This document shows, in pieces, positions 37,064 through 55,584 of a DNA stretch of 64,000 nucleotides. The notes below the pieces were generated by a model. The model was not told where the DNA came from. It ran no database searches and was given only the letters and a program-made list of their open reading frames with translations. Origin of the DNA: Macrostomum lignano (Eukaryota); the NCBI GenBank assembly GCA_002269645.1, contig NIVC01000420.1, forward strand, positions 62,001 through 126,000, in the 5' to 3' direction. How positions within the stretch are numbered: the stretch's first letter is position 1; each line of letters starts with the position of its first letter. The position numbers and the translations under genes are program-made.

Positions 37064-37545
37064 TTGCAGCCTGTCACTCACTGACCTTCTGCAGTCCTCA
37101 ATCCTGCAGCCATGTCACTCACTGACCTTCTGCAGTCCTCAATCCTGCAGCCATGTCACTCACTGACCTTCTGAAGTCCTCAATCCTGCACCAATGTCAC
37201 TCACTGACCTTCTGCAGTCCTCAATCCTGCAGCCATGTCACTCACTGACCTTCTGCAGTCCTCAATCCTGCAGCCATGTCACTCACTGACCTTCTGCAGT
37301 CCTCAATCCTGCAGCCATGTCACTCACTGACCTTCTGCAGTCCTCAATCCTGCAGCCATGTCACTCACTGACCTTCTGCAGTCCTCAATCCTGCAGCCAT
37401 GTCACTCCCCGAACTTCTGTAGTTGTCAATCCTACAGCCATGTCACTCCCCGAACTTCTGTAGTCGCCAATCCTACAGCCATGTCACTCACTGACCCTCT
37501 GTAGTCCTCAATCCTGCAGCAAGGTCACTCCCCGAACTTCTGCAG
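37064..37545. repeat. 41-bp minisatellite (CCTGCAGCCATGTCACTCACTGACCTTCTGCAGTCCTCAAT) x ~11-12
   Basis: Direct tandem copies, diverging at the 3' end. Confidence 0.92.
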
Positions 37546-38595
37546 TCTCAGACGTAAGCGGAATGACAGGACTCCTTGTCTCCTTGATGGTAGCTTGCCT
37601 TCTATCGCCTTGATTTGCGGTGTCCAAAGCCCCGCCCCTGCAAACTAACTGACACTCCCCCACACCTGTATACCTCTCTGACCCCCTGCACCTGACCCTT
37701 CACAGTGAACTTCGCACCACTCTTACCTCTGAGCCTAATTAACTATCTGACGGTAACGAAGCGGCGCTTATGTAAAAACATTTCAGAGGTGGGAATTTGA
37801 GAATGTTTATTCATAGCTTCTTAGTTAATACGTCGTAAGTCACAGCTCGCGTGCAAACCCACTTTGACCGGCAGAATGCAAATCTGATAAACTGCGCTAA
37901 ATAAACCCTTGGAGAGCGCGGAACGAAAACTCGAGAACAGAATATTCCAGCGATTATTGTCGACAAAAGAAAATAAACTAAACCAAAACTGGCCTTTCGT
38001 ACGGAGGCGCAGTGAAGGTGAAAATAAACAAATTTTCCCACAGTTCGATAAGACACAGACGTCGATCAGTTTATCAAGATCTTAGAAATGCAACGAACCT
38101 TTTTCGGCAGTCTCAAGAAAGTGCAGGCTTCGGTGGAAGTGCTACAGGTTCATTAAGGCTGGCTGACGTAGCAAGCTAGACGAAGCACTAAGCAGGTGTG
38201 TACGCTGCAACTGCACCAATGGAGCCGATGATGCACTAACCGGATTTGTGACCCTCGGGCGGGCAAGCAGGCACAGATGGGATGGAAAACGCGGGATCCC
38301 CAACTGTTCTGTTTATCCCCTGGATAGACTGGTGCAGAACAGAGTTTGGGGGAAAATTCTCCCTACCTCAGTGGAAAACAACGACAGTCCGATTCAGTTT
38401 TGGATTATTTCGGAGACCCACCTGACTTTATTTAAGTTTGCTTATAAGGTGTGTGTAGACCTGGCAGACTGCCAGACTCTTATTGGATCGACAAAAGTTC
38501 CCTTTTAACTGACCGTGTTGATTTTTATCGTTATAGATCGATAGATATTTTTGCTGAACATTCAGATTGTGAAATCAGCATAAGATGGGACATTC

Positions 38596-38945
38596 AGGTT
38601 GTCAAATTAGCTGGAGACGGGGTCTTTGGGTTGTCAAATTAGCTGGAGACGGGGTCTTCGGGTTGTCAAATTAGCTGGCGACGGGACCTTCGGGTTGTCA
38701 AATTAGCTGGAGACAGGGTCTTCGGGTTGTCAAATTAGCTGGCGACGGGGTCTTCGGGTTGTCAAATTAGCTGGCGACGGGACCTTCGGGTTGTCAAATT
38801 AGCTGGAGACAGGGTCTTCGGGTTGTCAAATTAGCTGGAGACAGGGTCTTCGGGTTGTAAAATTAGCTGGAGACAGGGTCTTCAGGTTGTCAAATTAGCT
38901 GGAGACGGGACCTTCGGGTTGTCAAGCTGGAGACAGGGTCTTCAG
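38596..38945. repeat. 32-bp minisatellite (GGGTTGTCAAATTAGCTGGAGACGGGGTCTTC) x ~11
   Basis: Direct tandem copies. Confidence 0.92.
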
Positions 38946-39623
38946 ATTTAGGCCTGCAGCAGTTTTTTTATTCTCAGGGGAGAGTCTGCAGAAGAGAAAT
39001 AATTAAAAGTGAAAAATTAAAAACGACTTGATTAATTTTTAAAGAGCTTAGGACCTTGATGTACCGTTTCAAAGTGTCTAAAGGTGTTTGACTCTTCACT
39101 CACGGTTAATCCTCTCGGATGCTGCATGGTGAATAAGTACAAACAGAATGATTTTAAAGCGCCTTTGCTACTTTTTGATTCAATGAGAAATTCTTTCAAT
39201 CTCTTTGCAATCAGATGAAAATTTCCCGTGTTTCACAAGGCGACTAGCTTCGAAGGTTGCATAAGCAGAGCTTGCAATAGAGAATTTGTAGTTGCTGCCT
39301 CTAAATTTTGACAACAAAACAAGGCGAAAGAAAAGACAGGTAGCTATGCCGAATGCCTGCTTTATTGCTTTATGGCAGGAGCTCAAGCACGAAAGACACT
39401 TTTTAATGCCAGCTACATCTCTCGTAGTCCAATGTTATAGAACTGCGCAGGTACCAAGAAGGTATTTGCGGGTGGGCGGTTAGCTACGAACGAAATGCTT
39501 GTCAGGGACTGAGAACGCATTCTTTAGTCACAATATTCTCTCCCTCCCTCACTGTACACTTTCACAGTGATCAGGCCCGTGTGTCAGGTTGGCCTCTCTC
39601 TCCTATTCCTTGGTCAATATTCC

Positions 39624-39717
<94 letters not shown>
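39624..39717. repeat. (CT)n microsatellite
   Basis: Pure dinucleotide run. Confidence 0.97.
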
Positions 39718-39718
<1 letters not shown>

Positions 39719-40123
39719 GCATTCTTGTTTTATTCTATCTTAACTCAGCTCAATTGTCTATAACATGAGCTGCTTTATAACAGCAGCCAAAGGAGAACGA
39801 TGTTTCTGTCTCAATTCAGTTGCTTTGCGTCTTAGAAAATTCTTAGAGAATTGGAGATGGCTCGAATATTTAAGACAAAATGATTCGCACGTGGATGCGC
39901 TGCCAGATATAATGGGAAATCCTATGTAATCTGAGTTCCATCTTTTGCCTTCGTGTCTTGAGGGAGGTTTGTAGTTTCAGGACACTACTTCGTAAAAGAG
40001 GGCTATCTACCAAGGCTGAGCCCTTTGTCAAACCGTTGGGATCTGATGCAATGAGGTTTTATAACTAAAATATTAACGAAACTAAACTAGCTTGAAATGG
40101 AAAAGTTATTTTTTTAAGTGATG

Positions 40124-40335
40124 ATAGTAAGAGTGAGGGAGAATGAGGGAGAGTGAGGGAGGTGAGAGAGGTGAGAGAGGGAGAGTGAGGAGAGAGAGGG
40201 AGAGTGAGGAGAGAGAGGGAGAGAGGGGAAGAGTGAGAGGAGAGGGAGAGTGAGGGAGAGTGAGGGAGAGCGGGGGGAAAGGGGAGAGAGAGAGGGAAAG
40301 AGAGGGGAAGTGAGGGAGAAAGGGAGAGTGAGGGA
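40124..40335. repeat. GA-rich polypurine tract (GAGTGAGG-type)
   Basis: Low-complexity purine run. Confidence 0.85.
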
Positions 40336-41998
40336 TCAGTAACCATATTGGATAGATTGTAGTAATGTAACATTATTAACAACTGTCGTAGGGAATCCAA
40401 ATAAGTACATTTTGTATTTCGTTAGCCTTTTAAAAAACTCTTTAAGTAGTGCCCTCAGCACTCTGCCTGTTTCGTTCCCTCTCTACTATATCTGTTAGTG
40501 CCAGCAGCCTCGCGCAATATCTGCCATTTTGACCCAAGAAAGTACAAAAATTTTGCTTTTTTGGCCCGCATTCTTTTCAGCTCGGTTGTCAATCAAACTT
40601 CTAGATATTTTTGTTCAAACATGCACTACTAACTGAACGCCAAAAGTAGTTGTCTGCAAATATTCTTCTAAAATGCACGAAAAGGTGCAAATAAGAGCCG
40701 AGAACCAGATCATGAAAAGCCAGTGATCTGGATGCATATTTGTGGTATCGCCGGTGTGTCTAGTATTGCCATAGACAAATCCGATTTCTCGAAAGCAGAG
40801 ATTTCTAAGAAAATAATGTGCAGCGCCACTTTCTACTGAAGCTGTCCATGCTCTGTGTTGAAAACTCAAACTTGAGACTAAATTCGACTTTTAGAAGCTC
40901 AAAAAGTGTAAGGAAGCCGTGAAAATGCTTATAAGTTTCAACTTTTTTTCAAGGTCCCATTCGTCAAACTGCAGATAGCAAGGTCTTAAGGTGATACTAA
41001 AAGTTTCTATTTTTAACTCCAACTGTTATATTTAAACACTGGAATGCGTTTCAGTCAATATTAGCGATCCATTCAGAGTTCAGACCCGGATCACGTGATT
41101 TTTGAGGGTACGCGTTGTTCAGGACGGTTCTCGAAGTGTGACTCAGTAAGCCAATATTAGAATTTTAACCGAAAAAAACTTTCGTAGGGGGTTGGTATTT
41201 TTGGCAACAACATTGTAGATTATTGAAGCAACTGCAATCCAAACGGCTTTAACGGGGGATATTCAAGAACTGCAACGGCTATGGTCTGCCTTTCTGACCG
41301 TGTCTGAGGGCAGGGAAGGAATTCTGAGCAGTTGAAGGGAAATGTTTGCACAATTGTTGGGCGGATTGGGGCGGATTCCTACCAGTGAGGCGGGTTGCCA
41401 GGCTGGAGCCGCATGGCTGGAGTTCGCACAATGCAACACATTTTTTAAATCTCTTGCCCTATAGCAGAACCCCTGGACCCGCTTCTATCGATCTCTGTAC
41501 TCTGATCGATTAGCGATTTCTTCTCTTCCGTCTCTCCCCAAAGCCCCTTGCACTGTACACGTTGCTTCTAGAAGGGGAAAACAGTGTTGACCGCGCCCAG
41601 GGCCTTGACAGCCATTACAATTCGTGTCTGTTTGTCTGCGGAGTTTCGAAAAAGAAAGAAAGAAAGGACGAAAGGAAGCAAGGAGAGAGAGAGAGAGAGT
41701 AAATGACTCCCAGATATTAGGGAGACGCGGACTCCCGATTTCTTCTTTCTGTCAGATCCCCGCGCTGCCGCAGACCGACCGACCGATCGATCCAATTCTA
41801 TTTTGTTGTCGTTGGCCCACTCTATCTATTATCCTCACTAGCTGCTCACCCCTCTGCTACCGCCCCACCGACTTTGCTCTCGCCATAACTCGCCTTTGCT
41901 GGTTTAGCAATGCCCGAACCCTATTTGGTTTGATCTCGCTATCCCACCAGAAGACAGCAATTTAACACTTCCGGGTAGCAACAGTTGAGCGCCAGCCG

Positions 41999-47243
<5,245 letters not shown>

Positions 47244-48306
47244 TATTTTTAACTTTATTCTACTAATTCTGTCCTACTCTTATGGGGCACTTCTCCGATA
47301 CTTAAATAGTGTTCGTAATCTTCGTTTTCCGATTCAAAATAATTGTTGCCGCGAAATCAGAATGCTTTTCGTAGTTTCCTGAGCGAGTTCATGCGAGTCA
47401 CTGCTGCACTGTATATTGTAAAAAACAATGTTTCTGTGACTATACATATTTATTGGCAAACACGATAGTGCTTTACATCCAATGTAATATTCCCATCAAA
47501 TCAACTTTGAAGGTTCCCAGTTTTTTTCCACATAAATTGCCTATTCTTTCCATTTGCAAAAGGAATCCGGAAAATATCAAATGGCCCATTTTTTCATGAC
47601 TCTTCAGCGCCTTGATAGGACGGCATTAATCTACTATACTGTTACCTGCTTCTGCGCCCAAAAATATACAGCAAAGATATTTAAAAAATAAAAGACTAAA
47701 ACGTTAACTTACATCATTTACTGTGCTTATGCAACCAATGACTGTGTGTTTTAGTAACCGGATGCATGCAACGACTACTCAGCAGGAAAGTACGTGAGCC
47801 CAACTTCTTTGGCCTCTTTTCCTGGGCTTTATCATAAAGGGATTATTACCTTATTCCAGATAAACAAATCCAGCAGATTTGCCTGCTGCATGCACTGCCT
47901 ACTCTGCCCATCAAAATCTATTAAATTGCACAGCTAAGAAGCTGAGATTGTTTCGGGCTTAAATGTGCATGTCCGTAGATCCGTAAGGTTTTACTTGTAT
48001 TTTCCCTGCACTCCTACAAGTAGGTCGATTGTCCCAGCACCTATGATTATGGAGTAGGGAACTGCTCTCTATAAATTACACACATTCTATCAGTTACGTC
48101 TGCTCATGCATGTAGTGGCCACAATTGTGACTCACTGCTAGTTTACTTTTAGAATTTTAATTTAGTATATTTAGATTATTAAACGTACATGTTAGGAGTA
48201 CGAGTACAATGCAAAAATTTGCATCTTATTTTTATATGCGATTTTTATTTCTGCCCTTAAGTTTTTAAGTTCTAGAGATATATAAATCCATATCGATATC
48301 CACGTA

Positions 48307-49267
48307 ACGGGTGTCCCAAAAAAGGGTAACACTTTGTGCGCTAACTGCGAGTAATCCGTTTTGCCTATCACCCTGTAATTAAACAGTTCAACAGAAAACA
48401 TCTGTAATTATTGAGTTATTGATTTTTATCAACAATTCTAAGCTCAATAACTCGCCTTCTGAATAAGTTTTTGCGGCCGTACATTTTCTGGGGAAAAACT
48501 TACAGATGTTTTCTATCGAACTGTTGAATTACAGGGTGATAGGCAGCACGCGAAGGCGTATTCAGCATGCCAGTGAAGTATGAGACAGACTAGGCCCATG
48601 GGCCAAGGTCTGCGATGCTTCACGCCTGCCCCTATCTTCAGCAGGTCAAGGCTGGTGGGAGGTCTGCACCCTCTATTTGCCTCTGGCAGCCGCAGACCCC
48701 CCCCCCACGCTGTCTCGCAAGTCGACCCAGGGTACTCGTCCCCGCGTGTGTTCAAGGCAGTCCCTAGGGCTGCTGGACAGACTGGGCTCCGGCGCTGGCG
48801 ACCCTATCCAGTGGCTTCGGCCGAATTTGGGTATGCGGGTCTGGCTCGCCAACCTGCAGACCGTGGTACTGCTCAACGTACTCTCTAATGCCTAAGGTGT
48901 TGACCGTGCCGATGGGCTGGAAGGCCGGGGAGTAGTCCGGTCGCAAGCGGTCCCCCTCCTGGTGTCGGGCCAGCCTTGAGGGTTCTATTGGCCTACTGCC
49001 CGGTCAGGTGGAGCGGCCGGGTGGGTACCGCGCCACTTTGAGGGTAGCCCACCAACCTTTTATCATGGCCTTCGAGCCGACTATGGAAAACCGTCCATAG
49101 CGACGCGTCGGCCGTTCAGGGACTAGCGGAATGGGCGCCCGCGCCTTCCCGCTGTGTCCCCTCCGGGACAGCCCTGCAGCTAAGTCAAGTAAGTAAGTCA
49201 GGGTGATAGGCAAAACGGATTACTCACGATTAGCGCACAAAGTGTTACCCTTTTTTGGGACACCCGT
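48307..49267. mobile_element. Tc1/mariner-type MITE (~300 bp) split by a retroposon insertion
   Basis: TIRs ACGGGTGTCCCAAAAAAGGGTAACACTTTGTGCGCTA and complement, TA on both flanks. Confidence 0.85.
48545..49198 (+). mobile_element. 654-bp 5'-truncated non-LTR retroposon (LINE/SINE) insertion
   Basis: 13-bp TSD CAGGGTGATAGGC (48532-48544 and 49199-49211); 3' tail of (AAGT)n; GC-rich degenerate body; family not identified. Confidence 0.75.
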
Positions 49268-49399
49268 TATACGATCAATAATTTTTCTTGCCTAAATGAT
49301 CTGAGTTATAGATATAGAAATAATATGCTTGAAGAATATTTCTATGCTTGAACTATGATGATTTTCCCGACGCCAATTCCTCTACCAAATAATAAAAGT

Positions 49400-49493
49400 A
49401 TACTGCTACTACTACTACCTACTACTACTATTACTACAACTACTAAACTACTACTTCTTACTATACTACTACTACTCTACTACTACTACTACC

Positions 49494-49533
<40 letters not shown>
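49400..49533. repeat. Compound (CTA)n/(AAT)n microsatellite
   Basis: Trinucleotide runs. Confidence 0.9.
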
Positions 49534-49535
<2 letters not shown>

Positions 49536-50192
49536 CTGATACTTCAAAGCCATGTCTTACTAGAACTCTAAGAATAAATCCCCCTGCACAATTTTAACCA
49601 ACTTCCGTGAAATATCTTGCTTTGAGTTGTAATCGTGTACCTAAATAGAAAAGTACTAATAATACAATTGAAGAATAAGCTAAAGACATAAAAAGTAGAA
49701 TAAGCAATATTCAAACCAATAAGTTATATTATTAACTCTTAAAAGAGAGCCAGAAATATTTTGCCGTGAATTTTTTATTAAAATGTTGCTCTGTTTGATT
49801 TTTATTTGTCGTGGAAGTTTTCTAGGAAATCTTGTCTAGACTTTTCACAAGGAATTCTGCAGTTTTCGCGCGTACTCATGCTTTAAGTTACTTGAAAAAT
49901 GAATGCTTCAGAAAACTTACACTGATAATCGCAGTGAAAGCGTTTACATTTCTTCTAACTCAAGGTTTTCAGAACTATAATTGCGAATGTAAAAATAAAA
50001 ATACTACTCTACCTAGATACAAGCTCCGACTCCGATAAAGACTTAAAGTTTAATCGTTATTCGTTTTTTTAGATCGCCGGTTTAGTAGTCTAAAAGCCTA
50101 CATACCTAAGCCTAAGCTTTAATTTTGCCCATGTGTACTGCAATTTCTACTTGGATGCTGTCAAGGTTTTCATTTTCACCGTGCCAATTGCA

Positions 50193-53100
50193 ATGAGTTT
50201 CTGGCCTTTTAGTACACTCAATGGCTACACGCGTGCCCAAACTGTCTCAAGTAGTCCAGACATTCCACCGTTTTTTACTTTGGACCCAAAAATCCTAACC
50301 GAAAGAAAAAGCGGAAATCTAAAAACTCGCCAGACCATTCTGCTTATCCACAAAACAATCAGGATAATGCCACATCAAGTAGATATGAACATGAGTTGCT
50401 TATTGTAAAAAAGCAAGATCGTTTTGAATATTATCGTGTGCCTTTATTAAAGAATGAAAATCTTCATACTATTGCCATGAAGTATGGATGCTCGGTTAGT
50501 AAATTTAGTATCTTTCTTAGGCCTATCTTATAATCTTTGTATTATTCTTTCAAGTCATTGTTTTACCTTTTTCATTTTAGGAAAGGGTCAATTTTGTGAC
50601 CTAAATAGGCTAGTTGGCCTCTACTTGACTAGATTAGTCAGGTATTATGCATTTGTATGTTTATAAGCTAATAGCAAATTAAAATATTTTTTCTGCTATT
50701 TAAATGTTTTTTTATAAAAAAACCATAAAAACAAATTTTGTACAAATAAATCTTAATATTTTATAGACTATAGTCTAGTGTTTGGCACCAGTCCATTAAT
50801 AAGCATTAATCTGTTAATAAGTGTTAATAAGTATTAAGATTTTTCATTAATGTTAACAGACTGCCATTAAGATTTTTTTGAACTAGGCCCTAAGCCCCTA
50901 ATGGATTAACAAATTTGCATTAATAATTTTGTGAGTTGACAACAAATTCATTGTTAACATTAATGGCAATATCAATGACCAAAGACACAAAGAAAAAAAT
51001 AAAAATATGTTTGACCAGAAGTTACAACATTGCAAATGTTTTTGAATTTACCTAAATGCCTTATTCATCTCTGTTTATAACAATGATCATGCAAATATAA
51101 AAACTTATTATTGAACTTAAATAAAAAATTAAAATTGTAACATTTATTGCTCTCGCATGAGCATTAATCACTTTTATTCACTTCTTTAATAATCTTTAGT
51201 AACTTTCTGCTGCATAAGCTAATGCTACTGAAGCAACTTTCCTGTTCGTATTTTATTATTAACTAATTTAGTAATTAGTTTTAAAGTTAATAAGTTAAGA
51301 TTTTTTTGTTTTACCGCTAATGCTTTTTGCCATTAATGGAAGTTAAGATTTTCATTAATGGTGCCCAACACTGCTATAGTCTATAATGACAACTAATGGC
51401 AATCACTATAATAACTTTATATAATAATAACTATATAACTTTGCTATATCCTAACAAAAACTTCTTATTCTAAACCAGTCTGGCCCAAACACCCATTTTT
51501 CGTCTGGATTTGGTCTTGTAGGCCTATTGTCCAGTTTTAGCAGTTTTTCTGGATCAAGCTAATTTTTTTCAGATTTTATTAGGTTGTCCAGTCCAGATCA
51601 AAATTTGGAGGATCCTCTGGACCAAAACCAGATAAAAAGTTTTTTGCAAACATCTTTCATCTGGTTTTCACCCAGAAATTTATCTTTTTGATTTTCTAAC
51701 AAAAATGGGATAAAAACCAGAGCAAAATCCAGGCAACCTCTAGACAAGAGTTAGTTTTTTCATCCAGAAATTGATCCAGTATTTCATCCACTTGTTTCTC
51801 CACTGTTCAAGATTGATCTAACCAGATCAAATACTGGATTAAATTTTACTTATATCCTCCCTACAGTTTTGAGTTAGTATGGTTTATGTAAAGCAGATTT
51901 TCTATTCTAAATAGTCATGGAGATTATAGAAAGAGCCTCTAAGGGAAAACTAATAGAAGATGACCCTATCATATGGTGATCCCCTCAGGCAATCCCTGGC
52001 ATATACCTGGTTAGCATCAGAAGACAAAGCACACCAGGTAGATGCATCCAAGCAGGTTGTTAACATATCAGAGCTGGATGGGACTAACAACATGCTGAAC
52101 CTAATAGTTTGCAATTAATAATATAAGAATTTAAAGTTAACTAAAAAGTAAAATTTTGTGGTCCCCTTTGGTGTCCAAGTTGGAGCCCTTAATCTGTAGT
52201 GTTAGTCTATATAATGGTTTATCTCTTAATCTGTGGTGGAGCCCCCAATGTGTACTGTTAGCAATCTATGGTGGTTTATGGAATGTATAATAAACAAAAT
52301 AAATGGAATGGATGCATGGATATGGAATATTTTGCCAGGTGTGAATTTTGAAGCCGGAATAACTGCACTAGACTGTGTTATGTGTTTCCCATTTTTTCAT
52401 TTCTTATTAGTAATCAATTTTATACTGCCAAATCTATCTCTGTGTCTATAGAGATCTGGCTTTTTATCTGGAAATTCACCCAGTGTTCTATCCATTAAGA
52501 AACCCAGTTGTGTTGGTCCAGTTTTTTATCTGGATATTCACCGCATATTTCATCCTGCACTGCTGATCCAGATTTGATCTGGTTTGTCATCCGCATTTAC
52601 ATCCACTAAAAACTGGAGATTTTTCCAGATGTACCCCTGGAGCTAGACCCAGATGAAAGTACTCAAAATTCACACTTTCATCCAGAATGTTAACAATTCA
52701 TCTGGCTTTTGTCTGGCATTTTAAATGGGCATTTTATATTACAAACTGGATGAAAATCCAGATTTATGCCTGGAGAAATTGCCGGATGATTGGGCCAGGT
52801 GGGAAATATAATAGTCTTAGCAGTGAGATATTTGCTTAAAATTTTAACGAAATAGGTTTATATATATTAACACAATATATAATATATATTATTATATCTT
52901 AACCAATCATTGTCTGAACCAAAGATACTAGAATAACTAGATGGTCCACTCTGCATATATACTTGGCAAAACAGCTTTCTACTTTCAGTTCAGTAGCAAA
53001 GAAGAATACAAAGCTATTTTATAAGAATAAGGCAGCTGAGATGACTTCAATAAGTTTAGAAGCCAAGCTTGCAGATGTAAACAGCTTGCTAATTAGTTCA

Positions 53101-55418
53101 GCCAAAATGTACATTAGCCACTGAAATGTACAGGGCAGATTCAGGCTGGAACAACCGAAGAAGGTAATAAAATTAGGTTGTGGACGGGGTTAGAGGTTCT
53201 ATGAGGAGCTGGAGGGTTTAATAGCTTGGGGGGGGGGTAAGAGCCAATAAATAAGCTTTGTCTTTAAAAATACATTAAAATGCTTCTGTTTAACTTACTA
53301 CTGAACTGAAAGTAGCTGGCACGCAAATGTGCCAAGTGGCCTATCTAGTTATTCTAGTATCTGTGGTCTGAACTAATATAGCTAGTTATTAAAAATACTA
53401 TTGTTCTATAAATATGATTTTTATTAGAGCCAGAATGTCAAAAGGACATCTTATTTTTTACCCTCTATTATAGCTAAGCCATGTTCATAGGCTCAAATGT
53501 TGGGATCAAAGCCCCTATATGTTTATAACACTAATCTGAATCTGGCTAATAGAAATGACTTAATATCTTAATATTATAATATTTAATCTTTATGCAATAT
53601 TTATGATTATAAGCTTGGCTTAGGCAATTTATTTTTATAACCTATCACAATTCTGGTAGTAATATCAGTTAAAGAAAAAAAATTTTTTTTTGGTGTTTCA
53701 TAGTAAAGAAATTTATCATATCTCTCTAACTGATAGTATTTATTTTCCTCACAGGTGTGGGAGCTAAAGCGAGCCAACCACCTCTGGGGACTGCAGGATG
53801 TTCACGCACTGCCCAGTTTAGTGATTCCTGCTCCAAAAAACAGCTACAGAGCGGAGCTGCTAGCAAAGTCTGGAGGCCGGCTAGTAGGTGAGAATCAGCA
53901 GTCTCTGCAGGCAGGTGGCAGTCGCGATCCAGATGGTGCTGATGAGGATTTGCAGGACACGTCTGGCGACCTCGCCAGCGGTGTGTTGGAATTCGGGTCT
54001 GCCTCTGCGGGAGCGACTGGCAGTGACGACCAAAGACGGCCGGTAAAAATTCTTTGGAGATTCTGCCATGCTGACAGATATATCAGATTTCCCAAAAAAC
54101 TTTGGGAGATTTTCTCTCAAGTTTGCGGATTTCTGTGCATTTTGGGGGGTTTTTGTGAAGTTTGAGGATTTCTGTGAAGTTTAGGGATTTTGTGAAGTTT
54201 GGGGATTTCTGTTAAGTTTGGGGATTTCTGTGTAGTTTGGGGATTTCTATGAAGTTTGGGGATTTCTGTGAAGTTTTGGGACTTCTGTGTAGTTTGGGGA
54301 TTTCTGTGAAGTTTGGGGATTTCTTTGAAGTTTTGGGACTTCTGTGTAGTTTGGGGATTTCTGTGAAGTTTGGGGATTTCTGTGAAGTTTGGGGATTTAT
54401 ATGCAGTTTGGGGATTTCTGTGAAGTTTGGGGATTTCTGTGAAGTTTGGGGATTTCTGTAAAGTTTGGGGATTTCTGTGAAGTTTTGGGACTTCTGTGTA
54501 GTTTGGGGATTTCTGTGAAGTTTGGGGATTTCTGTGAAGTTTGGGGATTTATATGCAGTTTGGGGATTTCTGTGAAGTTTGGGGATTTCTGTGAAGTTTG
54601 GGGATTTCTGTGTAGTTTGGGGATTTCTGTGAAGTTTTGGGACTTCTGTGTAGTTTGGGGATTTCTGTGAAGTTTGGGGATTTCTGTGAAGTTTGGGGAT
54701 TTATATGCAGTTTGGGGATTTCTGTGAAGTTTGGGGATTTCTGTGAAGTTTGGGGATTTCTGTGTAGTTTGGGGATTTCTGTGAAGTTTTGGGACTTCTG
54801 TGTAGTTTGGGGATTTCTGTGAAGTTTGGGGATTTCTGTGAAGTTTGGGGATTTCTGTGAAGTTTGGGGATTTCTGTGAAGTTTGGGGATTTCTGTGTAG
54901 TTTGGGGATTTCTGTGTAATTTAGGGATTTCTGTGAAGTTTGGAGATTTCTGTGAAGTTTTGGGGATTTTTGTGATTTTTGGGGAGTTTTAAGTTTTCTG
55001 TAAAGTTCTGCTAAAAGTTCTGTCTACTGTTACTCTTAGTAGCCACAGTACGAATTTTAACGCAAAGTTTATTTATCATTTTGTTCAGGTGAGCCTCCGC
55101 CAGGCCATGTCATCCAGCGATTCTCTCACCGCCACCGACTGCGACAGGTTCCTGCGCACCCTGGACGCCGACTTGGAGCAGATTAAACAGTCCACCTGCT
55201 TCCTGAAGGAGTCACTGCCCGAGGCTGCCAGCTATTTAAACACTCAGTCAGTTTTCCCTCCCCATTCGTCCGGCTACTTGGTGCCCAGCTGGCTTCGCCG
55301 GTTGAAAGGCAGCGGCGTGGACGGTGGCCTGTCGTGGCGCGGTGCCGTCTGCCTGGTGTGTGTCCTGTGCCTGCTGGTGCCGGCTCTGCTGTACCTGCTC
55401 ATTGTTCGCGGCCGGTAG
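50193..55418 (+). CDS. LYSMD3: LysM domain + C-terminal TM protein, LYSMD3/4-like; 3 exons, apparent 1-nt frameshift in exon 1
   Basis: Exons ~50193-50494, 53755-54042, 55089-55418 (phase 0, 0). LysM split across intron 1: ENLHTIAMKYGCS|VWELKRANHLWGLQDVHALPSLVIP; C-terminal DGGLSW + hydrophobic TM as in LYSMD3/4. 5' end uncertain. Confidence 0.8.
50776..51373. mobile_element. 598-bp hAT-type MITE
   Basis: Termini TAGTGTTTGGCACC...GGTGCCCAACACTG; exact 8-bp TSD CTATAGTC; many subterminal ATTAAT motifs. Confidence 0.85.
51475..52803. mobile_element. Possible non-autonomous DNA transposon with dispersed TCCAGAT/ATCTGGA subterminal repeats
   Basis: Imperfect TIRs CCAGTCTGGCCCAAACACC and GGATGATTGGGCCAGGTGGG; TSD not established. 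Confidence 0.45.
52920..53365. mobile_element. 446-bp P-superfamily-like MITE
   Basis: TIR CAAAGATACTAGAATAACTAGAT / ATCTAGTTATTCTAGTATCTGTG; exact 8-bp TSD GTCTGAAC. Confidence 0.85.
54140..54985. repeat. 19-bp satellite (GTGAAGTTTGGGGATTTCT) with a 152-bp higher-order period, in LYSMD intron 2
   Basis: ~44 units; the variant TATATGCAG recurs at 54398, 54550, 54702. Confidence 0.92.
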
Positions 55419-55584
55419 CCCGTCTGCTGTCCCAGACAGCTTGTGATTTATCAACAGCGTTTTGTGCTCTCTTCCCTTTCCTCTGTCTGACTGCTGCCTG
55501 CAATTTAAGCTGCTGAGGTTGCAGCATTTATTGAAATTGTGCTCTGATGTGTGGGATTGTGTGCTCTGTTGTAGTTTGGATGCC

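Noticed and set aside
50400-53850. LysM domain as a bacterial horizontal transfer or contaminant
   Set aside because: Spliceosomal introns and LysM + C-terminal TM architecture match the animal LYSMD3/4 family.
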